Translations under genes and position numbers: made by a program
The notes under the pieces: generated by a model
Told to the model about the DNA's origin: nothing
The model's input: only the letters and a program-made list of their open reading frames with translations
Database searches by the model: none
Shown: positions 26,999 through 38,319 of the stretch, piece after piece
Layout of the letters: every line of letters begins with the position of its first letter
Numbering within the stretch: the stretch's first letter is position 1
Source: Methanocella sp.
Lineage (GTDB): Archaea > Thermoproteota > Bathyarchaeia > Bathyarchaeales > Bathycorpusculaceae
Direction of reading: 5' to 3'
DNA: 56,389 nt
Assembly (NCBI GenBank): GCA_050261115.1
Contig: JBLNCY010000019.1
Location: forward strand, 1 to 56,389

Positions 26999-29467
26999 CT
27001 AGTACTCAGGTTTAATGAAGACGCTGTATTGGGCTACTTGGCGCCCTTCGCCCTTCTCAGTGACTACATTGATTTCTTCGATTTTCAACGTGGCAGCAAT
27101 GTCAACGCAGCCTTGCTTTAACGCCGAAGCTTGAGCCTCATCTTGGACGTAGATGGCGAGGTTTTTAATTGGTGCGTTGAGTGGCAGTTTCTTTTCAGCT
27201 TTATCACGGCGTACCTCGCTCATGACCGCAGTTACAAGGTCGCCATCCTTCTCCGCAGCTTCATCAACCAAGCCGCTGTTGTATTTCGGCCATTCTGAGG
27301 TGTGTATGCTTGGATAACCCTTGGCGTCTTTGTACATGTGCTGATAGATTTCCTCAGTTATGTGGGGCATAACAGGCGCGACAAGTTGGAGTATGCGGTA
27401 GAGGACTTCGTAGAGTGTATGTTGTGCGGCAACTGCATTAGCTTTGCCATATACGTCTGGTCGATAGAGGCGATCCTTAACGGCTTCCACGTAGAAGTCG
27501 CAGAAGACATGCCAAGTAAAGTTACGAATAGTCTCTAGAGCTATGTTGAACTGGCATTTCTCCAAAGCCTCGGTAACTTCCTTAGTGAGCCGCTCGGTTT
27601 TGCTGAGTATCCATTTATCCAGCAACTGCAGCTCCCGCTCACCCTCAACTTTAGGATCATAGGCTGCAAGCAGGTTACTTGCGAAACCTGACACGTTCCA
27701 AAGTTTAACAAGGAAACGTCTACCGTATTCGACGTCCTGTACGCGGTAGGGGATATCTGAGCCAGTTGCGCCTCCGCCAGCCGCCCATTGTCGAACCGCA
27801 TCAGCGCCATTCTTGTTAAGCGTCTCGGGTGCCGCAGCATAGTTCTTTAGCGATTTGCTCATTTTTCTGCCGTCGGCGCCAAGCACCATGCCGTTGATGA
27901 GTACACTGTTGAAGGGCCGCTCATCAAATAATGCAAGGTGGCGTACCATAAGGTAGTAAGCCCAGGTACGGATGATGTCAGTTCCAGATGGATGAATGCT
28001 TGCTGGGAAAAGGCGTTTCCAATCTGCTCGGTCAGGCCACCCCGCATGGACAGCGCAGGTAATCGAGCTATCCATCCAAGTATCCATAACATCTTGCTCG
28101 CCGCGGAAGTCTTTCCCGCCGCACTTTGGGCAAGCACTGATACGTGGCGCGCTAAGTTTAGGATCAATAGGCAGCCAACTTTCCTCAGCTACAATCAATT
28201 CGCCGCAATTCTTACAGTACCACACTGGAATCGGCGTAGCGAACAGACGCTGACGACTAATCACCCAATCCCAGTCCAATGCATGTGCCCAGTCGATTAG
28301 GCGGTTACGCATGTAATCGGGGTACCAGGGGATAGCGTTAGCGTTCTCTTCTACTTTGTCAGCCAACTCCATGGTCTTCATGAACCACTGCTTAACCTCA
28401 AGAATTTCCACAGGAGTCTTACAGCGGTCACAGACGCCGACTTCCTGCTGGATCTTCTCGCTCTTCTCAAGCAACCCCGCCTCAGCTAAATCCTTCACAA
28501 TGGCGGCGCGAGCTTGATTAACGTATAAACCGGCGTATTTACACCCAGCCTCGCTAATTTGCCCATTTTGAGTAATCAGTCGGATGACGGGAAGCTTGTG
28601 CTTTATGACAGTTTTTACGTCTTCTTTATCGCCATAGGTACAGATCTGCATAGCGCCTGTGCCAAATTTGGGGTCAACCGCTTCATCAGCAATGACGGAG
28701 ACCTCTCGATTCATCAGCGGCACAGAAATTTTGCGGCCGACGTATTTCGAGTAGCGTTCGTCGTTGGGATTAACTTCGACGGCGACGCAGGCAGGGATGA
28801 ATTCAGGGCGAGAAGTGGCAATTAAGAGGTACTCTTGGGTACCAGCTAAGTAGAATTTAATGTAATGCAGCATGCCCTCTTTTTTAATGTGGTCAACTTC
28901 GGCATCGGCTATGGCGGTCTCATCACGGGGACACCAGTTAACAGGATGCGTACCCTGATACATGTAACCTTTCTTGTAGAGTTGGATGAAGCTGAGTTGG
29001 GTACGGCGCCAGTAATTGGGATCCATAGTTTTGTATTCAGTGCTCCAATCGATGGAAGCACCGAGTTTCAGAATACCCTCTTTCATCATGCCAATGTATT
29101 TATCAACGAGTTCAATACACCAGTGCCGAAACTGCTCGGGAGGGACATCACGTTTACGGATGTTTCGGGCTTTCTCAACCTGGATTTCTATACCCAATCC
29201 ATGGCAATCCCAACCCTGCGGGAAAAGCACATTGTAGCCTTGCATGCGCTTGAATCTTGCAACTATATCGAAGTATGTCCAATTCAAGACGTTGCCCATA
29301 TGAAGTTCGCCTGAAGGATAAGGCGGGGGAGTATCGATGCTGTAGGGCACTTTGGTGGTGTCGTTCCAATCGTACTTATTAATGCCCATCTGTTCCCATT
29401 GGGCTTGCCATTTTGCTTCGATCTCGGCGAATTTGTAGTCTTTAGGCAAAGGCTGCATGAATACCAT
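26999..29467 (-). CDS. valS: Valine--tRNA ligase (archaeal type)
   Basis: DTPPPYPSGELHMGN (HIGH-like), GWDCHGL, DWVISRQR, DTWMDSS, KMSKS. Confidence 0.96.
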   Translation of the reverse strand: MVFMQPLPKDYKFAEIEAKWQAQWEQMGINKYDWNDTTKVPYSIDTPPPYPSGELHMGNVLNWTYFDIVARFKRMQGYNVLFPQGWDCHGLGIEIQVEKARNIRKRDVPPEQFRHWCIELVDKYIGMMKEGILKLGASIDWSTEYKTMDPNYWRRTQLSFIQLYKKGYMYQGTHPVNWCPRDETAIADAEVDHIKKEGMLHYIKFYLAGTQEYLLIATSRPEFIPACVAVEVNPNDERYSKYVGRKISVPLMNREVSVIADEAVDPKFGTGAMQICTYGDKEDVKTVIKHKLPVIRLITQNGQISEAGCKYAGLYVNQARAAIVKDLAEAGLLEKSEKIQQEVGVCDRCKTPVEILEVKQWFMKTMELADKVEENANAIPWYPDYMRNRLIDWAHALDWDWVISRQRLFATPIPVWYCKNCGELIVAEESWLPIDPKLSAPRISACPKCGGKDFRGEQDVMDTWMDSSITCAVHAGWPDRADWKRLFPASIHPSGTDIIRTWAYYLMVRHLALFDERPFNSVLINGMVLGADGRKMSKSLKNYAAAPETLNKNGADAVRQWAAGGGATGSDIPYRVQDVEYGRRFLVKLWNVSGFASNLLAAYDPKVEGERELQLLDKWILSKTERLTKEVTEALEKCQFNIALETIRNFTWHVFCDFYVEAVKDRLYRPDVYGKANAVAAQHTLYEVLYRILQLVAPVMPHITEEIYQHMYKDAKGYPSIHTSEWPKYNSGLVDEAAEKDGDLVTAVMSEVRRDKAEKKLPLNAPIKNLAIYVQDEAQASALKQGCVDIAATLKIEEINVVTEKGEGRQVAQYSVFIKPEY

Positions 29468-29558
29468 TATTCCTGATTGCTGATGCTTTTAGCAAGACGG
29501 GAATACCCCCTAAAAACATTACCCTGACGAGCCAATGCAACTAACCTCTAAAAGCAGC

Positions 29559-30002
29559 CTAAGAAGATAAGTCACTTTTCAAGTCTGAGAGAGAAAACTT
29601 TTCTTCACCCGCCGGAGCCACATACGGAGGAACCCCCTCTAAGTCGCCAAGAAAAGTGTGAATAACTGAGAGGAGCTCCGGGATCTTGACGGGTTTTAAG
29701 ATAAAGGCATCGGCGCCATAGTCACGAGCTTTCGCACCAGCCTCAGCGGAAGGATAACCCGTAATTATGAATTTGATGGTCGTCTTTAACTCGTCTCTAG
29801 CCGTCGCAAGCAAGTCCGTTCCTTTCATATCAGGTAAAATCACATCGATTATAGCAAGATCATAGCGGCGGCTTCGGAGTTTACTTAGGGCTTCTTTTGC
29901 GGTTTCGGCTGTGTCGATTGAATAGCCATTTTTTTCTAGAACACGCCTAAACGTGCGAAGAATAGACACGTCATCGTCAACCACAAGTATGGTTCTTTTC
30001 AA
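29559..30002 (-). CDS. Single-domain response regulator (receiver)
   Basis: ILVVDDD, phospho-acceptor IIDVILPDMKG, ITGYPS, FILKP. Confidence 0.9.
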   Translation of the reverse strand: MKRTILVVDDDVSILRTFRRVLEKNGYSIDTAETAKEALSKLRSRRYDLAIIDVILPDMKGTDLLATARDELKTTIKFIITGYPSAEAGAKARDYGADAFILKPVKIPELLSVIHTFLGDLEGVPPYVAPAGEEKFSLSDLKSDLSS

Positions 30003-30061
30003 AAGAAAACCTTCTAGAAGACATCATGTAATTTGAAGGGTTATGTTTTAAAAGGGTATGT

Positions 30062-30256
30062 TTGACGCTTAAAGCTACTACAGACCCATCGAAATCCCCC
30101 AGCCCAACGCTGCAACACATCCTCGACGACGATTCAATCCGGAAGCATACTGGCAGCTACTTAGTCACATTAGGGCCGATTCTAAAGCAGTGCAAGCAGG
30201 ATAGCGGCGTCAACCTACGAATACTCTACTGCGAAACCTTAATTTCCACAAACTAA
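30062..30256 (+). CDS. Possible small hypothetical protein
   Basis: 64-aa ORF divergent from the response regulator; no motif. Confidence 0.3.
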   Translation: MTLKATTDPSKSPSPTLQHILDDDSIRKHTGSYLVTLGPILKQCKQDSGVNLRILYCETLISTN

Positions 30257-30283
30257 CAGAAGTATTCATGCAGAGGCGAAAAG

Positions 30284-30421
30284 ATGAGTCAAACAGATTT
30301 GCCTCGTTGCATGTACTGCGGCAATTTTATCGACGACTGTAACTGCGTGTGCCCCTACTGCGGCGAATACGTGAAATGCACCTGCGTTATTGGAATCGAT
30401 AAGGCAAGCGGCGGCGGATAG
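30284..30421 (+). CDS. 45-aa Cys-rich microprotein (8 Cys), not in the ORF track
   Basis: Manual translation MSQTDLPRCMYCGNFIDDCNCVCPYCGEYVKCTCVIGIDKASGGG*; GAGG upstream of the ATG; ends 24 nt before the oxidoreductase alpha gene. Confidence 0.7.
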   Translation: MSQTDLPRCMYCGNFIDDCNCVCPYCGEYVKCTCVIGIDKASGGG

Positions 30422-30445
30422 TCTACAAAACAAATATTGTGATGC

Positions 30446-32377
30446 ATGATGGTAATTGAAAGTATAAACTGGATGGCTGGTGGACCACAAGGAAGTGGTG
30501 TAGACACAGCATCCACCATATTTGGGAGAGCCTGCGGCTACGGAGGTCTCTATGTCTATGGAAGACGAGAATATCACTCTAACATTAAAACGATGCATAG
30601 CTACTTCCACCAGCGGATTTCCAAGCAACCAACTTTAGCAAACATTAGCGATGTAGATTTGCTGGCGGCATTTGATGCGGAAACCGTGGTGCGTCATGTT
30701 GGCGAAGTCGTGAGTGAAGGCGGCATAATCGTTGACTCGCGTGATCTTAGCGTTAATGTTCATAAAGATATTACGACTTTTAGCGAGGAATACAAAGCTC
30801 AAATTCGAGATTTCCAAAAACAGAATGGTGTAGGCGACACAATTAATGACTTCTTGAGCTATGCAAAGTCTAAACAGATCCAAGTTTACCCCGTGCCCTA
30901 CATGGACTTGCTATCACAAATTGGCAAGCAATTAAACATTGAAAAAATCAGTATGCTCACAAGGATGATCAACGTCTTAACTATCGGCGTATCTTTTGCA
31001 CTCCTAAAATACGACCGCAAACTTGTTCAAGACGCAATCAAAGCTACCTTCCACGAAAAAATCGCCAACATGAACCTCACTGCAGTAGACGCAGCCTACG
31101 ACTACACCGAGAAAAACTTCGAAGTAAACACATTCAAGAATAAGCTTGAAAAACAGCCCATAACCGAATCACGCATCTTTCTAACTGGTAACCAAGCAGT
31201 TGCCATGGGAAAAGCCCTCGGAGGCTGCCGAGTCCAAACCTACTATCCCATCACGCCCGCCGCAGACGAAAGTGAATACCTCGAAGCCCACGAAATTCTA
31301 AAAACCAAAAAGGGCAGCCAAGAAGCCATAATAGTGCTCCAGACCGAGGATGAAATCGCCGCAGTAAATTCCGCTTCAGGGGCATGCCTTGCAGGAGCAC
31401 GAGCAGCCACCAGCACGTCGGGACCCGGATTCTCGCTAATGGTAGAGGGACTTGGGTGGGCAGGAAACAATGAGGTGCCACTGGTAATCACCTACTATCA
31501 GAGAGGCGGACCATCAACAGGACAACCCACAAGGCATAGCCAACAAGACCTGCGGTTCGCTATGCATGCTGCACACGGAGAATTCGCCCGCATCATCGTT
31601 GCCTCAGGCGACATTGAGGAATGCTTCTACGATGCAGCGGAAGTCTTCAATTTAGCCGAGAAGTACCAGATGCCAGTCATCCACCTGCTAGACAAAGGCA
31701 TGGCGAACTCTTCGCAAACATATCCAGTTTTTGATTATAGCAAGGTAAAGATCGACCGCGGATTAATCGTAGGAGAAAAAGAACTGGAAGGCAAGACCTA
31801 CAAACGCTTCCAATACACCGAAACGGGTGTTTCGCCACGGGCTTTCTTAGGCACCAAGAACGGCGTGCAATGGTATAGCGGCGATGAACACAACGAAATG
31901 GGCAATATCAATGAAGAACCGCTTAATCGGCGAAGGATGATGGACAAACGCATCGGCAAACTCGAACTGGTGACTCGGGAAGTTCCAGCGCACTTCAAGT
32001 TCCACTTCTATGGCGCTAAAGATGCAGAAAACATCATTGTAAGTTGGGGCTCACCTAAAGGCGCTATACTAGAATCCATAGAACAACTCAAAGCCGAAGG
32101 CCACAACATGGGCTATATACAGATACGCATGCTACTGCCCTTCCCAGCAATAGAAATCAAGCAATTCTTAACCGGCAAGAAGCGCATAGTCGACATAGAA
32201 GACAACCATGAAGCCCAACTCGGCGGCGTCATAGCGGAACAGACAGGAATCAAGCCCACCCACTATATACTCAAGTACACGGGTCGACCGATGATGACAA
32301 CCGAAGTCTACCAAGCCCTCAAATCAGTAATCACAGATCAAGCACCCAAAAGACAGGTTCTTATGCTCGGTGCATAA
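30446..32377 (+). CDS. 2-oxoacid:ferredoxin oxidoreductase, alpha subunit (gamma-alpha fusion)
   Basis: GGPQGSGV, YYPITPA, QTEDEIAA, TSTSGPGFSLMVEG, RGGPSTGQPT, WGS..GA. Substrate specificity not determinable from sequence here. Confidence 0.93.
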   Translation: MMVIESINWMAGGPQGSGVDTASTIFGRACGYGGLYVYGRREYHSNIKTMHSYFHQRISKQPTLANISDVDLLAAFDAETVVRHVGEVVSEGGIIVDSRDLSVNVHKDITTFSEEYKAQIRDFQKQNGVGDTINDFLSYAKSKQIQVYPVPYMDLLSQIGKQLNIEKISMLTRMINVLTIGVSFALLKYDRKLVQDAIKATFHEKIANMNLTAVDAAYDYTEKNFEVNTFKNKLEKQPITESRIFLTGNQAVAMGKALGGCRVQTYYPITPAADESEYLEAHEILKTKKGSQEAIIVLQTEDEIAAVNSASGACLAGARAATSTSGPGFSLMVEGLGWAGNNEVPLVITYYQRGGPSTGQPTRHSQQDLRFAMHAAHGEFARIIVASGDIEECFYDAAEVFNLAEKYQMPVIHLLDKGMANSSQTYPVFDYSKVKIDRGLIVGEKELEGKTYKRFQYTETGVSPRAFLGTKNGVQWYSGDEHNEMGNINEEPLNRRRMMDKRIGKLELVTREVPAHFKFHFYGAKDAENIIVSWGSPKGAILESIEQLKAEGHNMGYIQIRMLLPFPAIEIKQFLTGKKRIVDIEDNHEAQLGGVIAEQTGIKPTHYILKYTGRPMMTTEVYQALKSVITDQAPKRQVLMLGA

Positions 32378-32382
32378 CTGAG

Positions 32383-32850
32383 TCAGCGGAAAGCGGCGTA
32401 CTTTAGTTCATAGTTTGTGGCGTCGTAGCAGCTTATTTGCCCCATTCAAAGCGATGGGTAAGTAGGCACCGACGAACCTGTAGAGTCAACGATTTGAACC
32501 ACCCAATCTGAACCTGTCCATTTGACGTACTTCAGTAGCCGTTGGTAGTGTCTTGATAGGCTATATGTGGTCGCTCTGAGGGCTCTAATGCTAATGAGCA
32601 ATGCGTCAACATCACCTACGAAATCAAGATTCTTTAACCCATGTAGTGCCATTTAGCCTAACTATACATAAATCGCCGTCACCATCCGATGAGTTATAGT
32701 AGCAAATTTGCGGTTTATTCTGTGAATCAAGAGCCAATGAACAATTCACAACATGGCCCGTTGAATCAACCGTTTGTTTTACCAAGCAGCATACTTCAAG
32801 ACGTCATTCGCTATGTAGCTAATGTGTGGTTTGTTTGTTAAATCCAACGC
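32383..32850 (-). pseudogene. Decayed beta-propeller-type repeat protein (about four ~50-aa repeats)
   Basis: Fragments across frames: ALDLTNKPHISYIANDVLKYAAW*, QTVDSTG..CSLALDSQNKPQICYY, CSLALEPSERPHIAYQDTTNG, LKYVKWTGSDWVVQIVDSTG, ISCYDATNYELKYA; multiple stops and frameshifts. Confidence 0.75.
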
Positions 32851-32948
32851 TTGTACCTAAACGGGATCTTGCTCTGGTCTTTAGGGCAAATTTGAGGAAT
32901 TTGTCTGCGCCCTGAATCTTCCTACTAGCTAAATTAAAAATGGCTTTA

Positions 32949-34216
<1,268 letters not shown>

Positions 34217-34256
34217 GCTAAGTTAATCTTCCTTATATTTCCAGATTGGGTATATG

Positions 34257-34628
34257 TTAGGGCTTTTCAGGTTCCAAATCAACGTAGCAATCCTGAGTGA
34301 ACCGAGGCGTACAAACACAGTAGAAAACCAAATCCTCTTTACCCGTATTCTCGACCTTTTGTGAAGTCATAGGTGGGATAACAACTACATCGCCAACTGT
34401 AACATCGGTGGGTTCTAAATCGCCGACGTATACTCTACCTTGACCAGCTGTTATGATGTAGATTTCTTGCACGCCGTTTAGAAGATGGTGCGCTTTGGTG
34501 GTTACACCGGGTTTTACGGTGGCTCGCGCTATAGATACGGCGGGGTCACTGTGGTTTTCAGCTATATAGCAGTGTTCAGGAGTTAAGTATTCGTGGGGTG
34601 TTTTGGAGTGGATGATTTTTGGCTTCAT
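34257..34628 (-). CDS. Cupin-domain protein
   Basis: PGVTTKAHH...EIYIITAGQG, GDVVVIPP, VENTG...FYCVCTP. Confidence 0.85.
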   Translation of the reverse strand: MKPKIIHSKTPHEYLTPEHCYIAENHSDPAVSIARATVKPGVTTKAHHLLNGVQEIYIITAGQGRVYVGDLEPTDVTVGDVVVIPPMTSQKVENTGKEDLVFYCVCTPRFTQDCYVDLEPEKP

Positions 34629-34951
34629 TTTTCATCACTTTTTGCTTCTTTTTTATGTTTTGTTGCTGTTTTCTGGGGTTGTTTGTAACTGATGAGGGGT
34701 CTGTTTTTATATTGCTTGCGTAAGCCTTAACCAAAGTGTGTATTTACGTAGAAAGGGCTTTTTTGGGCAAATGAGCCCATATGTGACTTTTTTGTTGTGG
34801 GGTTTTTGTGTAAATTTGTTGGAGTTTGAGTTTTGATTTGGGCTGAACTTGTCTGTATTGTGTAAAAAATTATTAAATAGGCGCTAAAGGTAGTGTGTAA
34901 ACTAAGCTTGCTAACACTATACATATAACAAAGCGCGAGTAGTCATATAAC

Positions 34952-35401
34952 ATGAGATGTCCATACTGCAACTCTGAAGAATCAAAAACCCTAGAAACAC
35001 GCGACTCCCCAGAGAACACCACACGCAGACGCAAAGAATGCATCAAATGCGGGAAACGCTACACCACCTACGAATACCTCGAAACCATCGAACTCATGGT
35101 CCGCAAGAAAGATGGGCAGCTCCAACGCTTCGACGTCAATAAAATCATTCGAGGTCTACAGAAAGCCTGTGAGAAACGCCCCGTCACCATGAATCAAATC
35201 AACGAGTTAGCAGAACATGTGCGTCAAGACCTAATGCTCAAAGGCACTGGTGAAGTCTCTTCGCAAGAGATCGGCGACTCCATTATGGCGCACCTAAAAA
35301 AAGTTGACCGCGTTGCCTACATCCGATTCGCCTCAGTTTACAAGCAGTTTGAAGAGCCTGATGATTTCAGGCGGTTACTTTCGGAAGTGAAGAAACAATG
35401 A
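34952..35401 (+). CDS. nrdR: Transcriptional repressor NrdR
   Basis: MRCPYC...RRRKECIKCGKRYTTYE Zn ribbon, ATP cone, VAYIRFASVY; ATGA overlap with nrdD. Confidence 0.95.
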   Translation: MRCPYCNSEESKTLETRDSPENTTRRRKECIKCGKRYTTYEYLETIELMVRKKDGQLQRFDVNKIIRGLQKACEKRPVTMNQINELAEHVRQDLMLKGTGEVSSQEIGDSIMAHLKKVDRVAYIRFASVYKQFEEPDDFRRLLSEVKKQ

Positions 35402-37527
35402 AGTTTGTCCTAAAACGTGATAGTAAATTAGAAACATTCGATCAAGAACGCATTACAGAAGCCATTTGGAAAGCCGCAAAAGCCGTTGGCGGCAGAGATA
35501 AAACACAGGCTAAAAGAATCAGCGATGAAGTTGTAGCTGAACTCACTCGAATATACGGTGACGACGGCGTCCCCACAGTGGAAGAAGTCCAAGACATAGT
35601 GGAGAAGCGTCTAATTGAGAATGGCCATGCCTCCACTGCCAAAGCGTACATCCTCTACCGCAAGCAGCACACCGATATGCGTGAGCTCGCAGCGTTACTG
35701 AGTTCCTCAGATATGGTGGATCAGTACATAGAGGTTACAGATTGGCGGGTTAAAGAGAACAGCAACATGAGCTACTCACTCCAGGGCTTAAACAACTATC
35801 TCTCTTCTGCGGTTATCGCCAAATACTGGATTGCCCGCATCTACCCCGAGGACATTGCGGCAGCCCACTTCTCAGGCGACCTACACATCCATGACTTAGG
35901 CGTACTAGGCCCCTACTGCGTTGGTTGGGACGTAAGTGACCTACTCATGTCAGGCTTTGGTGGAGTACCCGGCAAAATCGAGAGCAAACCCGCCAAACAC
36001 TTCCGAACCGCCCTAGGTCAAACCGTCAACTTCTTCTATACTCTGCAAGGAGAAGCAGCGGGTGCACAGGCCTTTAGCAACTTTGACACCTACTTAGCAC
36101 CTTTCATCCGCTATGATAAACTTACTCAAAAGGATGTTGAGCAGGCGCTTCAGGAATTCTTCTTCAACATGAACGTACCCACCCGCGTAGGTTTCCAAAC
36201 GCCCTTCACAAACCTAACGCTGGATCTTACAGTACCTGACTTTATGAAAAACGAAGCGGTCATCTTCAACGGCACAATCACCCAAGACACCTACGGCGAC
36301 TTTACAAAGGAAATGGAGATATTCAACCTAGCATTCGCCAAAGTAATGGCAGAGGGCGATGCCAAGGGCCGTGTCTTCACTTTCCCAATCCCAACCTACA
36401 ACATCACCAAAGACTTCCAATGGGACTCCCCCGTATCCCAAGCAATCTTTGAAGTCACCGCCAAATACGGCGTCCCCAACTTTAGCAACTTCATAAACAG
36501 CGACCTCAAACCCGAAGATGTGCGTAGCATGTGCTGCCGCTTACGCATTGATAACCGTGAGCTGCGCAAACGTGGCGGAGGCTTCTTTGGCGCTAACCCG
36601 CTCACTGGCAGCATCGGCGTGGTTACCCTCAACATCCCCAGAATCGGTTATCTGTCTAAAGATGAGGATGAATTCTTCGAGAAGCTAGGCGGACTGATGG
36701 ATGTTGCTAAGAACAGCTTAGAAATCAAACGTAAAGTGCTCGAGGGCTTCACCGACAACGGTCTATACCCCTACAGCAAACGTTACCTACGGCATGTCAA
36801 GGAAGGGTTCGATCGCTACTGGAAGAACCACTTCTCAACCATCGGCATAGTCGGCGTAAACGAGGCACTCATCAACTTGCTAGGCCAAAACATCGCCACA
36901 AAAGATGGCTTAGCCTTCGCAGTAAAAACGCTCATGTTCATGCGTAAACGCATAAGCGAATACCAAGAGGAAACAGGCAACATCTATAACCTCGAAGCCA
37001 CCCCCGCAGAAGGCACCGCCTACCGGCTTGCACGCATCGACCGCAAACGCTACCGAGACATAATATTCGCCAACCAGAAATACATTGAAACCGAACGCGC
37101 CGAACCATTCTACACTAACTCTTCACAGCTACCTGTTGACTTCACAGGTGACCTCTTTGAGGCTCTCGAACATCAAGAGTCCCTGCAGCCACTCTATACA
37201 GGCGGCACCAACTTCCACATATTCCTAGGCGAACGCTTACCCTCCTGGAAATCCGCAGCGGAACTCATAAAGAAAGTCTCCCAGAACTCCTCACTCCCAT
37301 ACTTCACCCTGACACCCACCTTCAGCGTTTGCCCAACCCATGGCTACACAAGCGGCGAACACAGAACCTGCCCCATATGTGGCGCCCGAAGCGAAGTTTA
37401 CAGCCGCGTCGTAGGCTACCTCCGACCCATTGACCAATGGAATGCCGGAAAACAAGCAGAGTTCGGCATGCGCACAACCTTTGACCGTTCAACAGTGTTG
37501 CAGTCGGCGCCTCTAGCAGTTAGGTGA
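35398..37527 (+). CDS. nrdD: Class III (anaerobic) ribonucleoside-triphosphate reductase with N-terminal ATP cone
   Basis: ATP cone, HIHDL, SMCCRL, EATPAEG, CPTHG..CPIC, glycyl-radical motif YSRVVGYLRP; no intein evident. Confidence 0.95.
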   Translation: MKFVLKRDSKLETFDQERITEAIWKAAKAVGGRDKTQAKRISDEVVAELTRIYGDDGVPTVEEVQDIVEKRLIENGHASTAKAYILYRKQHTDMRELAALLSSSDMVDQYIEVTDWRVKENSNMSYSLQGLNNYLSSAVIAKYWIARIYPEDIAAAHFSGDLHIHDLGVLGPYCVGWDVSDLLMSGFGGVPGKIESKPAKHFRTALGQTVNFFYTLQGEAAGAQAFSNFDTYLAPFIRYDKLTQKDVEQALQEFFFNMNVPTRVGFQTPFTNLTLDLTVPDFMKNEAVIFNGTITQDTYGDFTKEMEIFNLAFAKVMAEGDAKGRVFTFPIPTYNITKDFQWDSPVSQAIFEVTAKYGVPNFSNFINSDLKPEDVRSMCCRLRIDNRELRKRGGGFFGANPLTGSIGVVTLNIPRIGYLSKDEDEFFEKLGGLMDVAKNSLEIKRKVLEGFTDNGLYPYSKRYLRHVKEGFDRYWKNHFSTIGIVGVNEALINLLGQNIATKDGLAFAVKTLMFMRKRISEYQEETGNIYNLEATPAEGTAYRLARIDRKRYRDIIFANQKYIETERAEPFYTNSSQLPVDFTGDLFEALEHQESLQPLYTGGTNFHIFLGERLPSWKSAAELIKKVSQNSSLPYFTLTPTFSVCPTHGYTSGEHRTCPICGARSEVYSRVVGYLRPIDQWNAGKQAEFGMRTTFDRSTVLQSAPLAVR

Positions 37528-37537
37528 CAAACCCCCG

Positions 37538-38215
37538 ATGAAGTTCAGTGGAATACAAAAAACTAGCCTACTCGATTACCCCGACCATGTAGCCTCAGTG
37601 CTGTTCACCCCCGGATGTAACCTGCGCTGTCCCTACTGCCACAATCACCAAATCGCCACCGATCCCCAGCCTCCCTTCCTCCAAGAAGGCGCAGCATTGG
37701 TAATCCTTGAGAACCGCAAAAGATATGTCGATTCCGTGGTGGTTTCCGGCGGGGAACCTTGCATGCATAAGGAGCTTCCCAAGTTTCTAGCTAAACTCAA
37801 AGAGAGAGGGTTTGCGGTGAAGCTGGATACCAACGGTTGCTATCCTGATAACTTAGAGCAGTGCCTCTCACTGGTTGATTATGTTGCAATGGATGTCAAA
37901 ACAAGTCTGGGCAAGTATAAGCTTCTTGGCGCAACCGACACCGACGCAATCAAGCGCTCAATTGAAATGCTAAAAGCAAGCAAAGTACCCTATGAATTCC
38001 GAACTACCGTAGTGCCTGAAATCGTTACAGCAGAAGATATTCCGCTTATAGGGGAGTTGGTAAAGGGCGTAAAGCACCATGTGCTGCAGCAGTTTGTGCC
38101 CGGTGACACGTTGGATAAGCGGTTTACCCAGATGAAGCCTTATTCGCCCGAAGTTATCGCGGAGTTTGCCAAGACTCTTCGGGATTATGTTGATAAGGTA
38201 TCCCTAAGGGTTTAA
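37538..38215 (+). CDS. nrdG: Anaerobic RNR activating radical SAM protein
   Basis: GCNLRCPYCHN, SGGEP, KLDTNG, EFRTT; directly follows nrdD. Confidence 0.92.
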   Translation: MKFSGIQKTSLLDYPDHVASVLFTPGCNLRCPYCHNHQIATDPQPPFLQEGAALVILENRKRYVDSVVVSGGEPCMHKELPKFLAKLKERGFAVKLDTNGCYPDNLEQCLSLVDYVAMDVKTSLGKYKLLGATDTDAIKRSIEMLKASKVPYEFRTTVVPEIVTAEDIPLIGELVKGVKHHVLQQFVPGDTLDKRFTQMKPYSPEVIAEFAKTLRDYVDKVSLRV

Positions 38216-38319
38216 CGCCTTTTTCCATTTTGTTTGTCACTAGAAGAAAGGGAGTTCTGCTTTTAGCGAACATTTCTGTGTTTTTGTTTGGCGGTTTGTT
38301 TGGCGTTGAGCAGGCATGT

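Noticed and set aside
34727-34924. 65-aa minus-strand ORF in the cupin/nrdR divergent region
   Set aside because: Low-complexity T-rich promoter DNA with no coding signature.
34914-34929. Canonical NrdR box
   Set aside because: Only the left half matches the acaCwAtATaTwGtgt consensus and no second box was seen; kept only as a remark in the nrdR finding.
35398-37527. Intein or intron in nrdD (also checked in lhr and valS)
   Set aside because: Lengths are normal, motifs are contiguous, and no intein terminal or LAGLIDADG signatures were noticed.
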